Shown here in pieces: positions 1 through 11,068 of a stretch of 64,000 nt of DNA (the first letter of the stretch is position 1; each line of letters opens with the position of its first letter). This DNA comes from Candidatus Multivorans sp. Its GTDB lineage: Bacteria > Acidobacteriota > Thermoanaerobaculia > Multivoradales > Multivoraceae. Made by a program: the position numbers and the translations under genes. Under the pieces are notes generated by a model, which was given only the letters and a program-made list of their open reading frames with translations, was not told the origin of the DNA and searched no databases. The stretch is from contig OZ245033.1 in NCBI GenBank assembly GCA_965224025.1, positions 2,560,001-2,624,000 of the forward strand, given 5' to 3'.

Positions 1-1
1 C

Positions 2-766
2 GTGATCGCGTTCGTGGGCAGGCCGCACCGGATCGACGACGGCGGCAGCCAGGTCGCCAAGGCGCTGACCCGGATCGGCTTCAACCAGTACCTGCAGGCC
101 GAACTGACCGGCTGGGTGCTCTATCTCGAGGGATCGACGGACCTGGCGATCCTCAAGGCGTTCGCGAACCGGTTGGGGCACGAGGGCGCGATGAAGGCGC
201 TCGACCGGCCCTTCGTTCAGTACGTCGGTGACCGGCTCTCGACCGCCGAGCGGCACTTCCACGGGCTTCGGGAAGCGTCGCCGCGGCTTCGGGGCGTCGC
301 CCTGCTCGATGACCTCCCGGAGAAGGCGCCGACGGACGACGGTCTGGAGCGTCTGGCCTGGAGCAAGCGGGAAATCGAGAACTACCTGTGCTCGCGGTCG
401 GCTCTTGGGGCGTACGCCGCCGACTGCGCCCGGCAGGAGGCGTCGGGTCCGTTGTTCGAAGAGTCGGAGGCGGACCGGCACGTCGACGCGATGCGGGAGT
501 CGGTGGTGGAGGTGGAGAAGGCTCTTGGCCATCTCGACCGGCCCGACCCGTGGAGCGCGGAGACAAAGGCCAGCGTGGACTTTCTCGGACCGCTGTTCGA
601 GACCTACGCCGCCAAGCTAGGCCAGCCCAACCTGATGGCGAAGACGAACTTCCACCGGCTGGCCGAGTTCGTGCCGCGGGAGGAGATCGATCCCGAGGTG
701 TTGGAGAAGCTCGACGCGATCGCCCGCGTGGCTGAGGCCGCCGAGGCCGCGCGCGAAGAGTCGTGA
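2..766 (+). CDS. C-terminal part of an ATP-dependent nuclease-like protein (TOPRIM/OLD-like domain), partial at window edge
   Basis: LYLEGSTD, LLDD and KREIENYL motifs typical of TOPRIM domains that follow AAA ATPases; ORF open at window start. Confidence 0.6.
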   Translation: MIAFVGRPHRIDDGGSQVAKALTRIGFNQYLQAELTGWVLYLEGSTDLAILKAFANRLGHEGAMKALDRPFVQYVGDRLSTAERHFHGLREASPRLRGVALLDDLPEKAPTDDGLERLAWSKREIENYLCSRSALGAYAADCARQEASGPLFEESEADRHVDAMRESVVEVEKALGHLDRPDPWSAETKASVDFLGPLFETYAAKLGQPNLMAKTNFHRLAEFVPREEIDPEVLEKLDAIARVAEAAEAAREES

Positions 767-770
767 TGGG

Positions 771-1109
771 ATGCCTGCGCGAAGGAGCGAGGTGGCTCTG
801 ATGGTTGGCGGGCGGGCCGAGATTCCCTTCCTGGCGGCCGGGGCCGCGGTGCTCGTCGCCGCCGGCTTGATGGGTCTCTCCTGCACTGCTCCGGTGACCG
901 TCCCGGCCGACGGCGATACCAGGACGCAGTCCGAGCAGCCGAACATCCTGTTCCTGTTCGCCGACGATCAGCGCGCCGACACGATCGGGGCCTGGGGCAA
1001 CGAGCTGATCGATACCCCGAACCTGGACCGCCTGGTGGCCGAAGGGTGGAGCTTTCGGCGCAACTACGTATTCCCTTGTGCATCAAGGTCCTTCAGCCAT
1101 CCCCGGTAG
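771..1109 (+). pseudogene. Truncated sulfatase (N-terminus only)
   Basis: Signal-like N-terminus, PNILFLFADDQR and IDTPNLDRL motifs; ORF ends at 112 aa without a CxPxR motif. Confidence 0.75.
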
Positions 1110-2194
1110 GGGCGTTCCAGGCGCCGCTCGCGCTCGGAGGAGCGTGAAGGGTTGGCGCTCACTCCCCAAGATGCACCGAGCACTACGCCGATCACGCGCG
1201 ACCGAGCTGCCCGCGATACGCGATTTACGTCAACCTCCTTCCGTCGGCGAAGAAATGTGTTGCCCACGTAATTCCCCGTCACTCGCGTAAAGGGAGCAGT
1301 GCGTCCCAAGAAATCTGGTGTAGCCTGCTGTTCCGGCCTCAGGGCGAAGCTCCTCCGCGGCGCGCTTGAGTGCGCGGGCCGGCGCAATTCCATGCGTCTC
1401 CGTCGCGCGTCCGATGCCGTGGCAGTGCATGGCGTGCATGGCGCGAGGCCCGCGGCGGCAGCCGCGCCCGCCGGGCCGGTCTTTCGCGTCACTCGACGAC
1501 CCGGGCGTCGGCGCACCGGAAGTTGAGTCCGCTCGTTGAACTCGACTCCGACGGCCGCAATAGGAGAAGACATCGTGACCACGTTCCTCGGAGCCGGCGC
1601 AGTAATGCTGTTACTGTACAGTCCTATTGTTGTATTTGGTCAACAACCAGAGCCACTGCAGTACCGCGATGGAAGTCGAACAATCAAGCTCACACTATCC
1701 GCGGATCTGGTATTCGACGTCCGATCAAAGAACATCGTACCGGCAGAGTCAAGAGACGACGCGCCTCGCAAGTCGGCAAGTGCTTCGACTGCGGCAGATC
1801 CGGTTCTAGTGTAGTGTCTCCGACATGGGTTGACAGTTTCGGTTAAGTTCGTCAGTATTCCGTTCATGTGGGAACCAGCGGAACGACTTGACATCGAAGA
1901 GAGCGATCGAGCGCTTCTCAAGAAAGGCGCTTCAGGGTTGTGTGTGGGCATGAAGTGACTCCGGCGCGAGGTCGAGTCCGCCGAGATGGAAGTAGATGGC
2001 GAGCCGGAAGTGTGCTCGGTTTCGATAGCCGTGCGCTTTTCGCTTGATCTCCTGTATCTTCGCGTTGATGCCTTCGGCGCGGGCGTTGGAGACGGTGGAC
2101 ACGGCGGCGTTGATGACGGCATCCCAGTGGTTTGAGGTGGTCCCGGTCCTTTGGACAGTTTCGAGGCCGGGCTAAGGTGTACTCCATGTGTTGA

Positions 2195-3061
2195 TTACGC
2201 CGCAGCCGCCGTCGCCGGGGCTGTGGAAAACTCTCGATTCTGCGGAATGCCCATTAGTCCGCGGTGGGCTTCGGCAGGTGTCCTGCCGCCGAGCGCCGTG
2301 TGTGGCCGCTCCTCATTGTAGAAGGCGAGCCACCCATCGATCACCCGCCGCGCCTCGATGCCGTCGACGAGTTCGTTCAGGTAGACCGCCTCGTACTTCA
2401 GCGAGCGCCACAGGCGCTCGATGAAGATGTTGTCGAGGAAGCGACCCCGGCCGTCCATCGAGATCTTCACCGTCGCGTTCTCGAGAAGACCGGTGAAGTC
2501 GCCGCTCGTGAACTGGCTCCCCTGATCCGTGTTGAAGATGTCCGGCTTGCCGTACCGGTCGAGGGCTTCGGCGAAGGCCTCGACGCAGAACGATGCGTCC
2601 AGGCTGTTCGACAGCCGCCAGGACAACACCCGACGGCTCGCCCAGTCCATGACCGCCACCAGGTACAGGAACCCGCCGCGCACCGGAATGTACGTTATGT
2701 CCGAGCACCAGACTTGATCCGGACGCTCGATGGAAAGCCCCCTGAGCAGATAGGGATAGACCTTGTGCTCCGGGTGAGGCTTGCTGGTCCGCGGCGCCCG
2801 GTAGATCGCCGCGATACCCATCAACCGCATCAGACGCCGCACCCGGTGACGACCGACCCGAACGCCCTCTCGGCGAAGGTGGCGGACCATCTGACGCGAA
2901 CCGTAGAACGGGTACAGCAGGAACAGCTCGTCGATCCTGCGCATCAGGGCCAGCGTCTCGGCGCTCTCGCCCTTGGGCCGGTAGTACAGCGAGGAACGGC
3001 TGATCTCGAGCAGACGGCACTGCCGACTCAAGCTCACGTCACCCGTCTCCCGCTCGATCAT
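2195..3061 (-). CDS. IS3 transposase OrfB (integrase core)
   Basis: WCSDITY, FNTDQGSQF, DNIFIERLWRSLKYE motifs. Confidence 0.92.
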   Translation of the reverse strand: MIERETGDVSLSRQCRLLEISRSSLYYRPKGESAETLALMRRIDELFLLYPFYGSRQMVRHLRREGVRVGRHRVRRLMRLMGIAAIYRAPRTSKPHPEHKVYPYLLRGLSIERPDQVWCSDITYIPVRGGFLYLVAVMDWASRRVLSWRLSNSLDASFCVEAFAEALDRYGKPDIFNTDQGSQFTSGDFTGLLENATVKISMDGRGRFLDNIFIERLWRSLKYEAVYLNELVDGIEARRVIDGWLAFYNEERPHTALGGRTPAEAHRGLMGIPQNREFSTAPATAAAA

Positions 3062-3081
3062 CCGCAGGCGCTCGGTCCGGC

Positions 3082-3363
3082 TCAGTGCCCGAGCCCCCTG
3101 GACAAGAAATCCCGCTCGATCGTCAGCTCCCCGATCTTCGCGTGCAGGTCCCTGATCTCCTCCTCGTGGTCCCGGCGCCGCTCCGGCCCGGCCGAGAAGG
3201 TCTCACTCATCCCCTCGATCGCCTTCCGCTTCCAACTGCTCACCTGATTCGGGTGAATCCGGTGCCGCGATGCGATCGCCGCGAGCGGCTTCTCCTCACG
3301 CAGCGCCTCAAGCGCCACCTTCGACTTGAAAGCCGCAGTGAACTTCCGACGCTTCCTCTTCAT
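3082..3363 (-). CDS. IS3 transposase OrfA (HTH)
   Basis: RRKFTAAFKSKVALEAL...HPNQVSSWK; directly upstream of OrfB in another frame. Confidence 0.9.
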   Translation of the reverse strand: MKRKRRKFTAAFKSKVALEALREEKPLAAIASRHRIHPNQVSSWKRKAIEGMSETFSAGPERRRDHEEEIRDLHAKIGELTIERDFLSRGLGH

Positions 3364-5876
3364 CCTGGCTCCTCCTCTAGGTCGAGGAGTACACCTTAGC
3401 CACCTGTCCAGTTTTCCGGGACCACCTCAGTTCTTGATCATCTTCGCCACCTGCTTGATCGGTTCCAGGCGACTGCGGACGGCCCAGTTGTACCAGCGCT
3501 TCCACCGTCGCTCGGCCCAGCCGCGGCGCACGTAGCCCCACGAGGAGCGCGCCATCTCCTTGATCGCCCAAGCGCGAGCCACGCGAAGGTGACTCGCGCG
3601 AAGAGCAGCGAAACGCCGCTGCTGCAGGCGCGTCATTCGTCCACTCTTCATCAACCACAGGTAGCGGCTCCGCTTCAGACGCGAATCCCCCGCTTCGAGC
3701 AGCTCCCGCTGCTCAGCACGGCGAACCAGGTCCACGGCGTGGTTCAGGTGCGCGACGATGTGGAACCTGTCGTGCACGATGTCCGCATCCGTGTACTCCT
3801 CCACCGAGGAGATGTAGGCCGGCCACATGTCCATCGCCACCTGCTCGATACCCGCGCAGCTCTTCTCACCCAACTCCTGGAAGTAACCGTCGATGGCCGA
3901 CCGGCCGCGACCGTCGGCCACATGGGTCACCACCCCGCGTCCCAGATCGTTGACTACCGTCACGTACTCGTGGCGCTTCCGAAACGACGTCTCGTCCACG
4001 CCGATCAACCGAGGCGGCTTCATCTCTCGCCGTGCCAGACCCCGTTCCACGGCCCGCCGCTGAATCCCCGCCGCCTGATCCCAACTCAGACCCAGACGGC
4101 AAGCCACCGCATGCACGCTTGCCTCACGCAGCCACTCGACAGCCTCCGCTTCGAACAGCGCCGTGAACCGCGAACCCGAGTCCGCCCAAGGCACCTTCAA
4201 CTGGCGAATGCCGTGCTCGACGCAACGCACCCGAGGCACCTCCGCGTGAACCCGAGTCTGGTGCTGCATCGTGTCCAGGTGACGCCAACGGCGATGCCTC
4301 TTGTCGTAGCCCGGACACGGCAAACCGCACTCCGGACAGCGAGTCTCTCCACAATGCTCGACGTGGATCTCCACCGTGCCGCCAACCACCGGACCCCGGC
4401 GACGCGGATGCCGCTCGTCCATGCGAAGCACCACCTCCCGCACACCCCACGGCGGTTTGATCCCCAACAGCCTCTCGAACGTCTTGGCACTCTTCATCCC
4501 GCCAGTCTAAGGCCGATCGGCAGCCTCTCTAGCAGCTCCGTCCCCACACAACAGCCTGAAGACCCTCAAGAAATGGGTAGAGGCGCCGACGACGCCACAA
4601 CGCACGGTCCGGCGTAGCCGGATCGTGCTCGCTGCGGCGGAGGGCACGGCCAATCGGGCGATCGCGGCGAAACTCGGAGTTTCGCGGCCCACGGTGCTGC
4701 TGTGGCGTCGTCGGTTCGCGGAGGACGGGCCTTCGGGGCTGACCAGGGATCGTCCCCGCGGTTGCGGAAAGCCGCCGCTCTCGGAGTCGGTCGTGCGTAA
4801 AGTGATCGAAGCGACGCTGCACGAGAAGCCGCCCGGTCAGACCCACTGGAGCGTGCGTTCGATGGCTCGGGCCCAGGGCATCAGTCCGGCGGCGGTCCAG
4901 CGCATCTGGGCGGCGCACGGGCTGAAGCCCCATCTGGTCAGGACGTTCAAGCTGAGTAACGACCCCAGGTTCGTGGAAAAGCTGCGGGACGTTGTGGGCC
5001 TGTACCGGAATCCGCCCGAGAATGCGCTTGTGCCGTGCGTGGACGAGAAGAGCCAGATCCAGGCTCTGGACCGGACCCAGCCAGGTTTGCCGCTCAAGCG
5101 CGGCCGCGCGGGAACGATGACCCACGACTACAAGCGCAACGGGACGACGACGTTGTTCGCTGCGCTGAACGTGTTGGAGGGCACGGTGATCGCGGAGTGC
5201 ATGGGCCGGCAGCGCCACCAGGAGTTTCTCCGTTTCCTCAAGCGTCTCGACCGTGAGATCCCAAAGCACCTCGACCTGCACCTGATCCTGGACAACTACC
5301 AGACCCACAAACACGCCGCCGTGCGCGCATGGCTGGAGCGAAAGCCTCGCTTCCACCTCCATTTCATTCCCACTTCGTCGCCCTGGCTTAACCTGGTCGA
5401 ACGCTGGCTGGGCGGTCTGACCACGAAGGCGATCCGGCGCGGTGCATTCCAGAGCGTCAACGACCTCGTAAAGACCATCTACGACTATGTGGACCACAGC
5501 AACGAAAACTCCCGGCCGTTCGTCTGGACGGCCACCGCCGACAGCATCGTCGCAAAGGTTACACGTGGTAAAGCCATGTTGGAGACACCACATTAGATAC
5601 GGATATCCCAGTCTTTGTCACTGACGTTGGCCAGCGCCTGGTTCCGGTTGGCGGCGTCATCTTAGTTCTTCACGGTTCATGGACTATCGAAGACTGCGAG
5701 TCCTTTCTGGACTGGCATGGTCTTAGTGACGATGCAGAGTTCATGATAGGCCTGCCGAACTACTACGCGATTGACACGCAACCGGGTGTAGCCGCCATCG
5801 ACCTTGCAAACAAACTAGCGGCGGCTGACGGCGTTGTGTTGTCGGTTCCGAACTTCTGGAAGGAGGTTAAGGAACG

Positions 5877-6862
5877 ATGAGAGATGCACGAGGTACATGC
5901 TTCAAGGGCTCCAAGCGAGCGAGGATACTTGGGATCCTATGCATTCTAACGCCATCGAGTCTGACTGGTCAAAATGTTCCAGATCGTCCAAGCAGGGCTC
6001 TTGTCGATTCGGGATCCACGTCGATGAGCCTGTCTGTAAGTTGGACCGAGCCGACCGGTCAACCTACGTCATACGATGTAAGGTATCGGTTGGAATACGC
6101 GTCTAGTTCCAGCTATACTGATGGGCCTCAAGATGTAGCCACCACTTCCACTACGATCACGGGCCTCACAACGAACACGGCCTACATGGTTCAGGTAAGA
6201 GCATCCAATGCTAATGGCGATAGTCCATGGTCGGGAGATAGTGTAGGTTACACTGGCGCAACCGTAAAGGTTAGCAATAGCGGTGAAACCAATGCCGCCG
6301 ATAAGACTTTGAACTACCCTAATTCCTATAACCCAAGATTCGCTACTGGATTCACTCCGGGTCCTGGAACCTGGACCATTACCGCTGTCGAGTTAGAGTT
6401 GAAGCAGTGTCCTGAGAGTGTCAGTTGGCTTCAAGTCAAGATCTGGGACGAGGACGCCCTCTCCGACGGTAATCCGGGGGTTCAACTCTACGCTAGTCTC
6501 GATAACCCCGTCTGCGAGGTTGGGTATGTGAAGTATGTGGTCCCGGCGCCTCCCGTCAATGCCGTGAGCGCATTCTCTGGAGGGTCGAAATATTTTGTTG
6601 GCTTGTTTATCCGTGCCGGTACGGCGATCAAGCTTGGAGTTACTGAGGGAGATGGCGAGGATGGCGCTTCTGCTACTGGTTGGGTTATCGACAATACAGG
6701 TATTGCTCGTGATTCGAATGCCGTTTGGAGTGCGGATGATTCGAGTCTGAAGCTCAAGATCTGGGCCATTCCCTACAGCGCTCCACCCGCGCCAAACTTG
6801 CCTCCAGTGTTTACTGAAACAGGTCTTGTGACGCGATCGGTAGCGGAGAATACTGCCTCTTT
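5877..6862 (+). pseudogene. Secreted fibronectin type III-domain protein, truncated at the start of a cadherin-like repeat
   Basis: LSVSW...YDVRYR...TITGLTTNTAYMVQVRASN FN3 pattern; PPVF...RSVAENT then sequence switches abruptly to antisense of a hydratase fragment; visibly more AT-rich. Confidence 0.7.
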
Positions 6863-6907
6863 CGAGTTGCGAGTGGGTAGGGCGCGGGCGAGTGCAGATG
6901 CTGCGGG

Positions 6908-7200
6908 GGTGATGAGCGAGAGTTCCTTGGCTCTGCCCGGACCGATGGCCCGGGACAGCCGCGCGGAGAGACCCCAGCCGGAGAGCAGGCCGACGCGGGC
7001 GTGGGTGTCCGCGAAGCGCGCCTCCGGGGTTGCGATCAGCAGGTCGCAGGACAGGGCGATCTCGAAGCCGCCGGTCACGGCGATGCCGTTGATCGCGCCG
7101 ATCACCGGTTGACGGAGCGAGCGGAGCAGTTTCGGCGGGTCGGCGATGGCCTTGCGCTTTCGGTTCGGATCGCTCATCTCCTTCAGGTCGAGGCCGGCGC
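6908..7200 (-). pseudogene. Internal fragment of an enoyl-CoA hydratase
   Basis: AGLDLKE, PVIGAINGIAVTGGFEIALSCD, FADTHARVGL crotonase motifs; both termini missing. Confidence 0.8.
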
Positions 7201-7349
7201 GGAGGGCGCGGCCGGCGCCGCTCCGACTCGTCATCCCCGCGCAGATCCTCGATCGTGTGGGCGAGCAGGTCTCTCCTTCTTCGTGGAACGGGTGGGGAAT
7301 CTTACGGCACGCGGTAACCTCTCGACAGACCTGTGCGAGGGAGGCAGCG

Positions 7350-9132
7350 ATGCGACGGAGACTCGTTGACGCGGAGGATCTGGCCCTTGACCGGCGGACT
7401 CTGCTGGCAGTAGCCGCCGGCGGCGCGGCGCTGGCGATGGGCTGCCGGCCGGGAACCGAGGCGGCTGAAACCACGCCCGCCGCTGTCGGCGGCTGGACGC
7501 CGCCGACCGACGAAGAACGGCGAGCCCTGGTGTCGACGGCGCACCTCGGTCCCAAGCGGGCGGTCCGGAGCGCGAACGGCCTGGCCATCTGCACCCACCC
7601 GCTCGCTGCCTCGGCGGCCGCCGACATGATCGCTCTGGGCGGCAACGCCTGCGACGGGGTGCTTGCGGCCAGCATCGCGCAGGCGGTGGTCGAGCCGCAC
7701 ATGACGACCCTTTCGGGCTGTCTCTCGATGCTCTACTACGACGCGGCTTCCGGCGAGTACAGCTACGTCAACGGGATGATGGCGGCGCCGCGGGCGGTGC
7801 CGGATGTGCGGAACATGGACGTGGCCGAGTTCGGGGCCCTGATGGCGAAGACGGACGGCACGCTCTGCTTCGTGCCCGGCTTCTGGGGCGGCTTCGAGGC
7901 CGGGCACGACCGCCACGGCCTGCTGCCGCGGGCCACCGTGATGGCGTCGGCGATCCACTACGCCCGCCGCGGCTTCGAGATCCACCCCTTCCTGTGGGGC
8001 GAGATGTTCGTCGAGTCGTCGGTGCTGGGCCGGGAGCCCTTCAGCCGGGAGATCTACTTTCGCGGCAGCACGCTCCGCGACATTGGCGACACCCTGGTCC
8101 AAAGCGCGCTCGCGGACACCCTGGAGCGCCTGGTGTCCGAGGGCGGCGACCACTTCTACCGGGGCGAGTTCGGCCGCCGCTACGCCGAGACGGTACAGGC
8201 TGAGGGCGGCCTGATCACCGCCGAGGACATGGCGTCCTACGAGGCGTTCTGGGACGAGCCGGTTCACGGCACGTACCGCGACTACGGCGTCGTGGGTTCG
8301 CCGGCGCCGGACTTCGGCGGTCAGGCGCTGGTCGAGATCATGAACATGGTCGAGCTGCTGGACCTCCAGAAGCTGGGGCCGGCGTTCGAGTCCGGCGAGA
8401 CGACCTTCAAGATGATGCAGATCGTCGGCCGGGTGTACGCCGACGCGGTCGGCGGCCGTTTTCGACGGCACGCTGCCCGAAGTCGAGCGGGCGATTTCGA
8501 AGGACTACGCGGCGGAACGGTTCGCCTCGCTCGAGGGCAAGCCGGCCAGCCCCAACGACCGGTACGCGGCAGTGAGAGCGATCCCGCCCCCGCCGGGCTC
8601 GAACCACGTCACCGTGGTCGACGCCGAGGGCAACGTCGCCACCGTGCTGCACTCGGTCATGTCGATGCCGTTCAGAACCGGCCTCTACGTCGACGGCGTC
8701 TACGCCTGCGCTTCCGGGGTCCACCTCGGGTCCGGTCCGGTCGAGCCGGGGGCAAGGGCGCACGCGCGCATCTGCCCGAACATGTTCACGCGGGACGGCC
8801 GCCCCGTGCTCGCGTCCGGGTCGCCGAGCGTGTCGCTGACCGAGAACATCGTCCAGAACTCGGTCAACCTGCTGGACTTCGGCCTCGACCTCGAGACCTC
8901 GGTCCACAAGCCGCGGTTCGGCGGCTCGTCGATGAACGTCCCCGGGGCGCTGATGGTGGAGGCCGATCTGCCTGGGGAACCGGGTCGCCTGCTGCGTGAA
9001 GCCGGCGCGACCGTAGACGTGGTGAACCCCTGGAACTGGCTGTGCGGTTCGTTCGAGGGGGTTCTGATCGACGAGGACGGCGCCGTGGCCTGCGGTGACC
9101 CGCGGCGCACGGCGCAGGCGGCAGCCGTTTGA
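7350..9132 (+). pseudogene. Gamma-glutamyltransferase-family protein with a frameshift near 8450 (Tat-like signal)
   Basis: GGNACD, VVEPH, ARRGF, FYRGE, YRDY motifs; C-half (ISKDYAA...GSNHVTVVDAEGN...GDPRR) is in another frame; could be a sequencing error. Confidence 0.8.
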
Positions 9133-9920
9133 GAACCCCGGTGCTGCGGCTGGCGCCGGCGCTGGCGCTGGCGCTGGCGGCAGCAGGAGCCTTCGGCGGC
9201 GAGACGACGGTGGCGGTGGCGGCCAACGCGGCGGAGGCGATCGAGACGCTCGCCGCCGAGTTCGAGCGGGAGAGCGGCCACCAGGTGACGGTGACGGTCG
9301 GCTCGACCGGCAAGCTCTACGCGCAGATTCTTCACGGCGCGCCCTTCGATCAGTTTCTCGCGGCGGACCAGGAGCGGCCCCGGCTGCTGGTGGAGCAGGG
9401 ACTCGCGGTCGAGGACTCGCGCCAGACCTATGCGGTCGGTCGGTTGGTGCTGTGGAGTTCCGATCGGACGGTAGAGGCTTCCGCCGAGACGCTGCGCGCA
9501 GGCTCGTTTCGCCGGCTAGCACTCGCCAACCCGGACCTCGCGCCCTACGGGGCCGCCGCCCGGGACACCCTGCGCGAACTCGGTCTGTGGGACGAGTTGC
9601 GGCCGAAGATCGTCGTCGGCGAGAACGTCGGCCATACCTTCGCCATGATCGCCTCTGGTAACGCCGAGTTCGGTTTCGTTGCGCTCGCGTCCGTGCTCAA
9701 TCCGCGGGATGGTTATGCGGGGAGTTTCTGGGAGGTTCCGGCGGATCTCCACACGCCGATCCGCCAGGACGCGGTCCTTCTGGAGCGCGGCAAGGGCAAC
9801 GCGGCCGCACGCGACTTCCACGTCTTTCTGAGCAGTCCGAGGGCGCTACGGACGATCGAGTCGTTCGGCTTCCTCCTCGACAGGAGAGCTGGACCGTTCG
9901 ACGACGTTCGCCCAAGGTGA
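9129..9920 (+). CDS. modA: Molybdate ABC transporter substrate-binding protein
   Basis: VAVAAN, GSTGKLYAQILHGAPFD, ANPDLAPYG, PIRQDAV motifs. Confidence 0.92.
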   Translation: MRTPVLRLAPALALALAAAGAFGGETTVAVAANAAEAIETLAAEFERESGHQVTVTVGSTGKLYAQILHGAPFDQFLAADQERPRLLVEQGLAVEDSRQTYAVGRLVLWSSDRTVEASAETLRAGSFRRLALANPDLAPYGAAARDTLRELGLWDELRPKIVVGENVGHTFAMIASGNAEFGFVALASVLNPRDGYAGSFWEVPADLHTPIRQDAVLLERGKGNAAARDFHVFLSSPRALRTIESFGFLLDRRAGPFDDVRPR

Positions 9921-10120
9921 TCCTCCCGTTCGGTGTGGGCGAGTGCGGGACGGCCAGTGCGATTCTGGGGGGCTCGTGGGCCCGAGAATCGGGAAACGGA
10001 GTCAGCAGAGCCGTCGGCTGGACGTGCCCGGATGAAGCTAGGGCTTGCAGCAGCCAGCCCTGTCCGGGGCTATCCGCCGGTGTGGTCCGTGTGCGCGGAG
10101 CGTCGCACCCGGAGCAGTAA

Positions 10121-11068
10121 CTACGGTCCGGTGCTTGTGCTTTCCGGAGCTTTCTGAACGGCAAGGTTCTTCGCCCAGAGTTGGCCGGTACTGCTCAGTA
10201 CCGACTTGAGGGCCGGACCTTGGTCGTACAAGATCGTGGACAGGTGATAGAGCGTCAGGGCCTCGTCTTGGAGGGACTGGTCCTCTTCGAGGTCAACTAC
10301 TGTCAGGTCTTGATCCCTTGCTTCATCCCGGTCGATGCGCCGCCCGTGGCTTCGGTGTTGCAGCCCGCCGAAGTACTCGGCAGCGCTGCCAGCGAGTTCC
10401 GACGCATCGGGACGGCCCGCAAACATGTACCGTTGGAGCCATCCTTGGACGAGATCCTGGCCGTAGGCCAAGGCTTGCCGTGCCTCCTCGAGCAGCGCGG
10501 GTCCGAAGGAACGTAGTACGGGCGCCCACGCGTGGGCAAGCAGCGGATTCCCCGTGATTTCGCGCTTCGCTTCGTTGAACTGCGCCACGATGGAATGCGC
10601 GGAGAAGGCGCGGTCGGCGACGATGAGCTGCGGATCGGTAGGGCCCAACTGGCTCTGTCGCCCCATGATCACGCGGTCGCAGCCAAGCGCGATCATCGTT
10701 CCGGCCGACATTGCATAGGTGGGTATCAGGACATCGATCTGGCCGAACTTGCTGCGAAGGTAGCCAACGATTGTCTGGGCCGCCTCGGCCAAGCCGCCCG
10801 GGGTATGCAGGATCAACAGGAGCCCCTTCGAGAAATCACAGCCGTGAACGCCGGCCATGAATCCGTTGATGTCCTCCCGGTTGATCGCCGTGAACAGTCC
10901 CGGGACCTCCGGCTTCTGGAGGAACGCGGAGGAGTAGTAGAGCACGTTGCGGTCACAGTGCTCCGCAATCCGCCGCGCCGACGCCCGGGACCTTTCGGTG
11001 ATGAAGCGACCTCTTTCCGCGACTGGAGTTCCGTTCAACTCATCCAGGAGGTCAGCCCACGTCGCCAT
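10121..11068 (-). CDS. ClpP-fold (SDH/S49-like) serine protease
   Basis: LILHTPGG, AMSAGTMIAL, SQLGPTDPQ, SHGRRI motifs. Confidence 0.8.
   Translation of the reverse strand: MATWADLLDELNGTPVAERGRFITERSRASARRIAEHCDRNVLYYSSAFLQKPEVPGLFTAINREDINGFMAGVHGCDFSKGLLLILHTPGGLAEAAQTIVGYLRSKFGQIDVLIPTYAMSAGTMIALGCDRVIMGRQSQLGPTDPQLIVADRAFSAHSIVAQFNEAKREITGNPLLAHAWAPVLRSFGPALLEEARQALAYGQDLVQGWLQRYMFAGRPDASELAGSAAEYFGGLQHRSHGRRIDRDEARDQDLTVVDLEEDQSLQDEALTLYHLSTILYDQGPALKSVLSSTGQLWAKNLAVQKAPESTSTGP

Larger units (their letters stand above)
2133..3429 (-). mobile_element. IS3-family element (innermost, apparently intact)
   Basis: TG...CA ends, TIR tgaggtggtcccgg..tggacag at both ends; 3-bp direct repeat GTT at 2130-2132 and 3430-3432. 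Confidence 0.92.
1932..4497 (-). pseudogene. ISL3 transposase interrupted by IS3 (pieces 4497-3430 and 2129-1932)
   Basis: CPECG zinc finger, GVDETSF, AMDMWPAY, DRFHIV; ...KMIKN joins in frame to HWDAVINAAVSTVSNARAEGINAKIQ...GYRN. Confidence 0.9.
1926..4565 (-). mobile_element. ISL3-family element (middle layer)
   Basis: Imperfect TIRs ggcgcttcagggttgtgtgtggg / ccccacacaacagcctgaagaccc; 8-bp direct repeat TCAAGAAA at 1918-1925 and 4566-4573. Confidence 0.9.
1809..5593 (+). mobile_element. IS630-family element (outermost of nested IS stack)
   Basis: TIRs gtgtagtgtctccgacatgg (1809) and ccatgttggagacaccacat (ending 5593); TA duplicated at 1807-1808 and 5594-5595. Confidence 0.9.
1866..5596 (+). 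pseudogene. IS630 transposase interrupted by ISL3 (pieces 1866-1925 and 4574-5596)
   Basis: MWEPAERLDIEESDRALLKK joins in frame to WVEAPTTPQRTVRRSRIVLAAA; DDE motifs VDEKSQIQ, ILDNY, WLNLVERW. Confidence 0.9.
1575..5880 (+). pseudogene. Small secreted protein split by the IS630 insertion (halves 1575-1808 and 5596-5880)
   Basis: Removing 1809-5595 joins CTA|GAT in frame: ...ADPVL-DTDIPVFVTDVGQRLVPVGGVILV...SVPNFWKEVKER*; AGGAG before GTG 1575; stop overlaps ATG of next gene (ATGA 5877-5880). Confidence 0.8.

Noticed and set aside
6773-7702. 309-aa ORF as a full enoyl-CoA hydratase, or 5877-7112 as a fusion protein
   Set aside because: Both are read-through across a deletion junction; only the central hydratase fragment has motifs
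9146-9185. ctggcg hexamer run as a contingency repeat
   Set aside because: It encodes the Leu-Ala run of the ModA signal peptide; unit changes would keep frame
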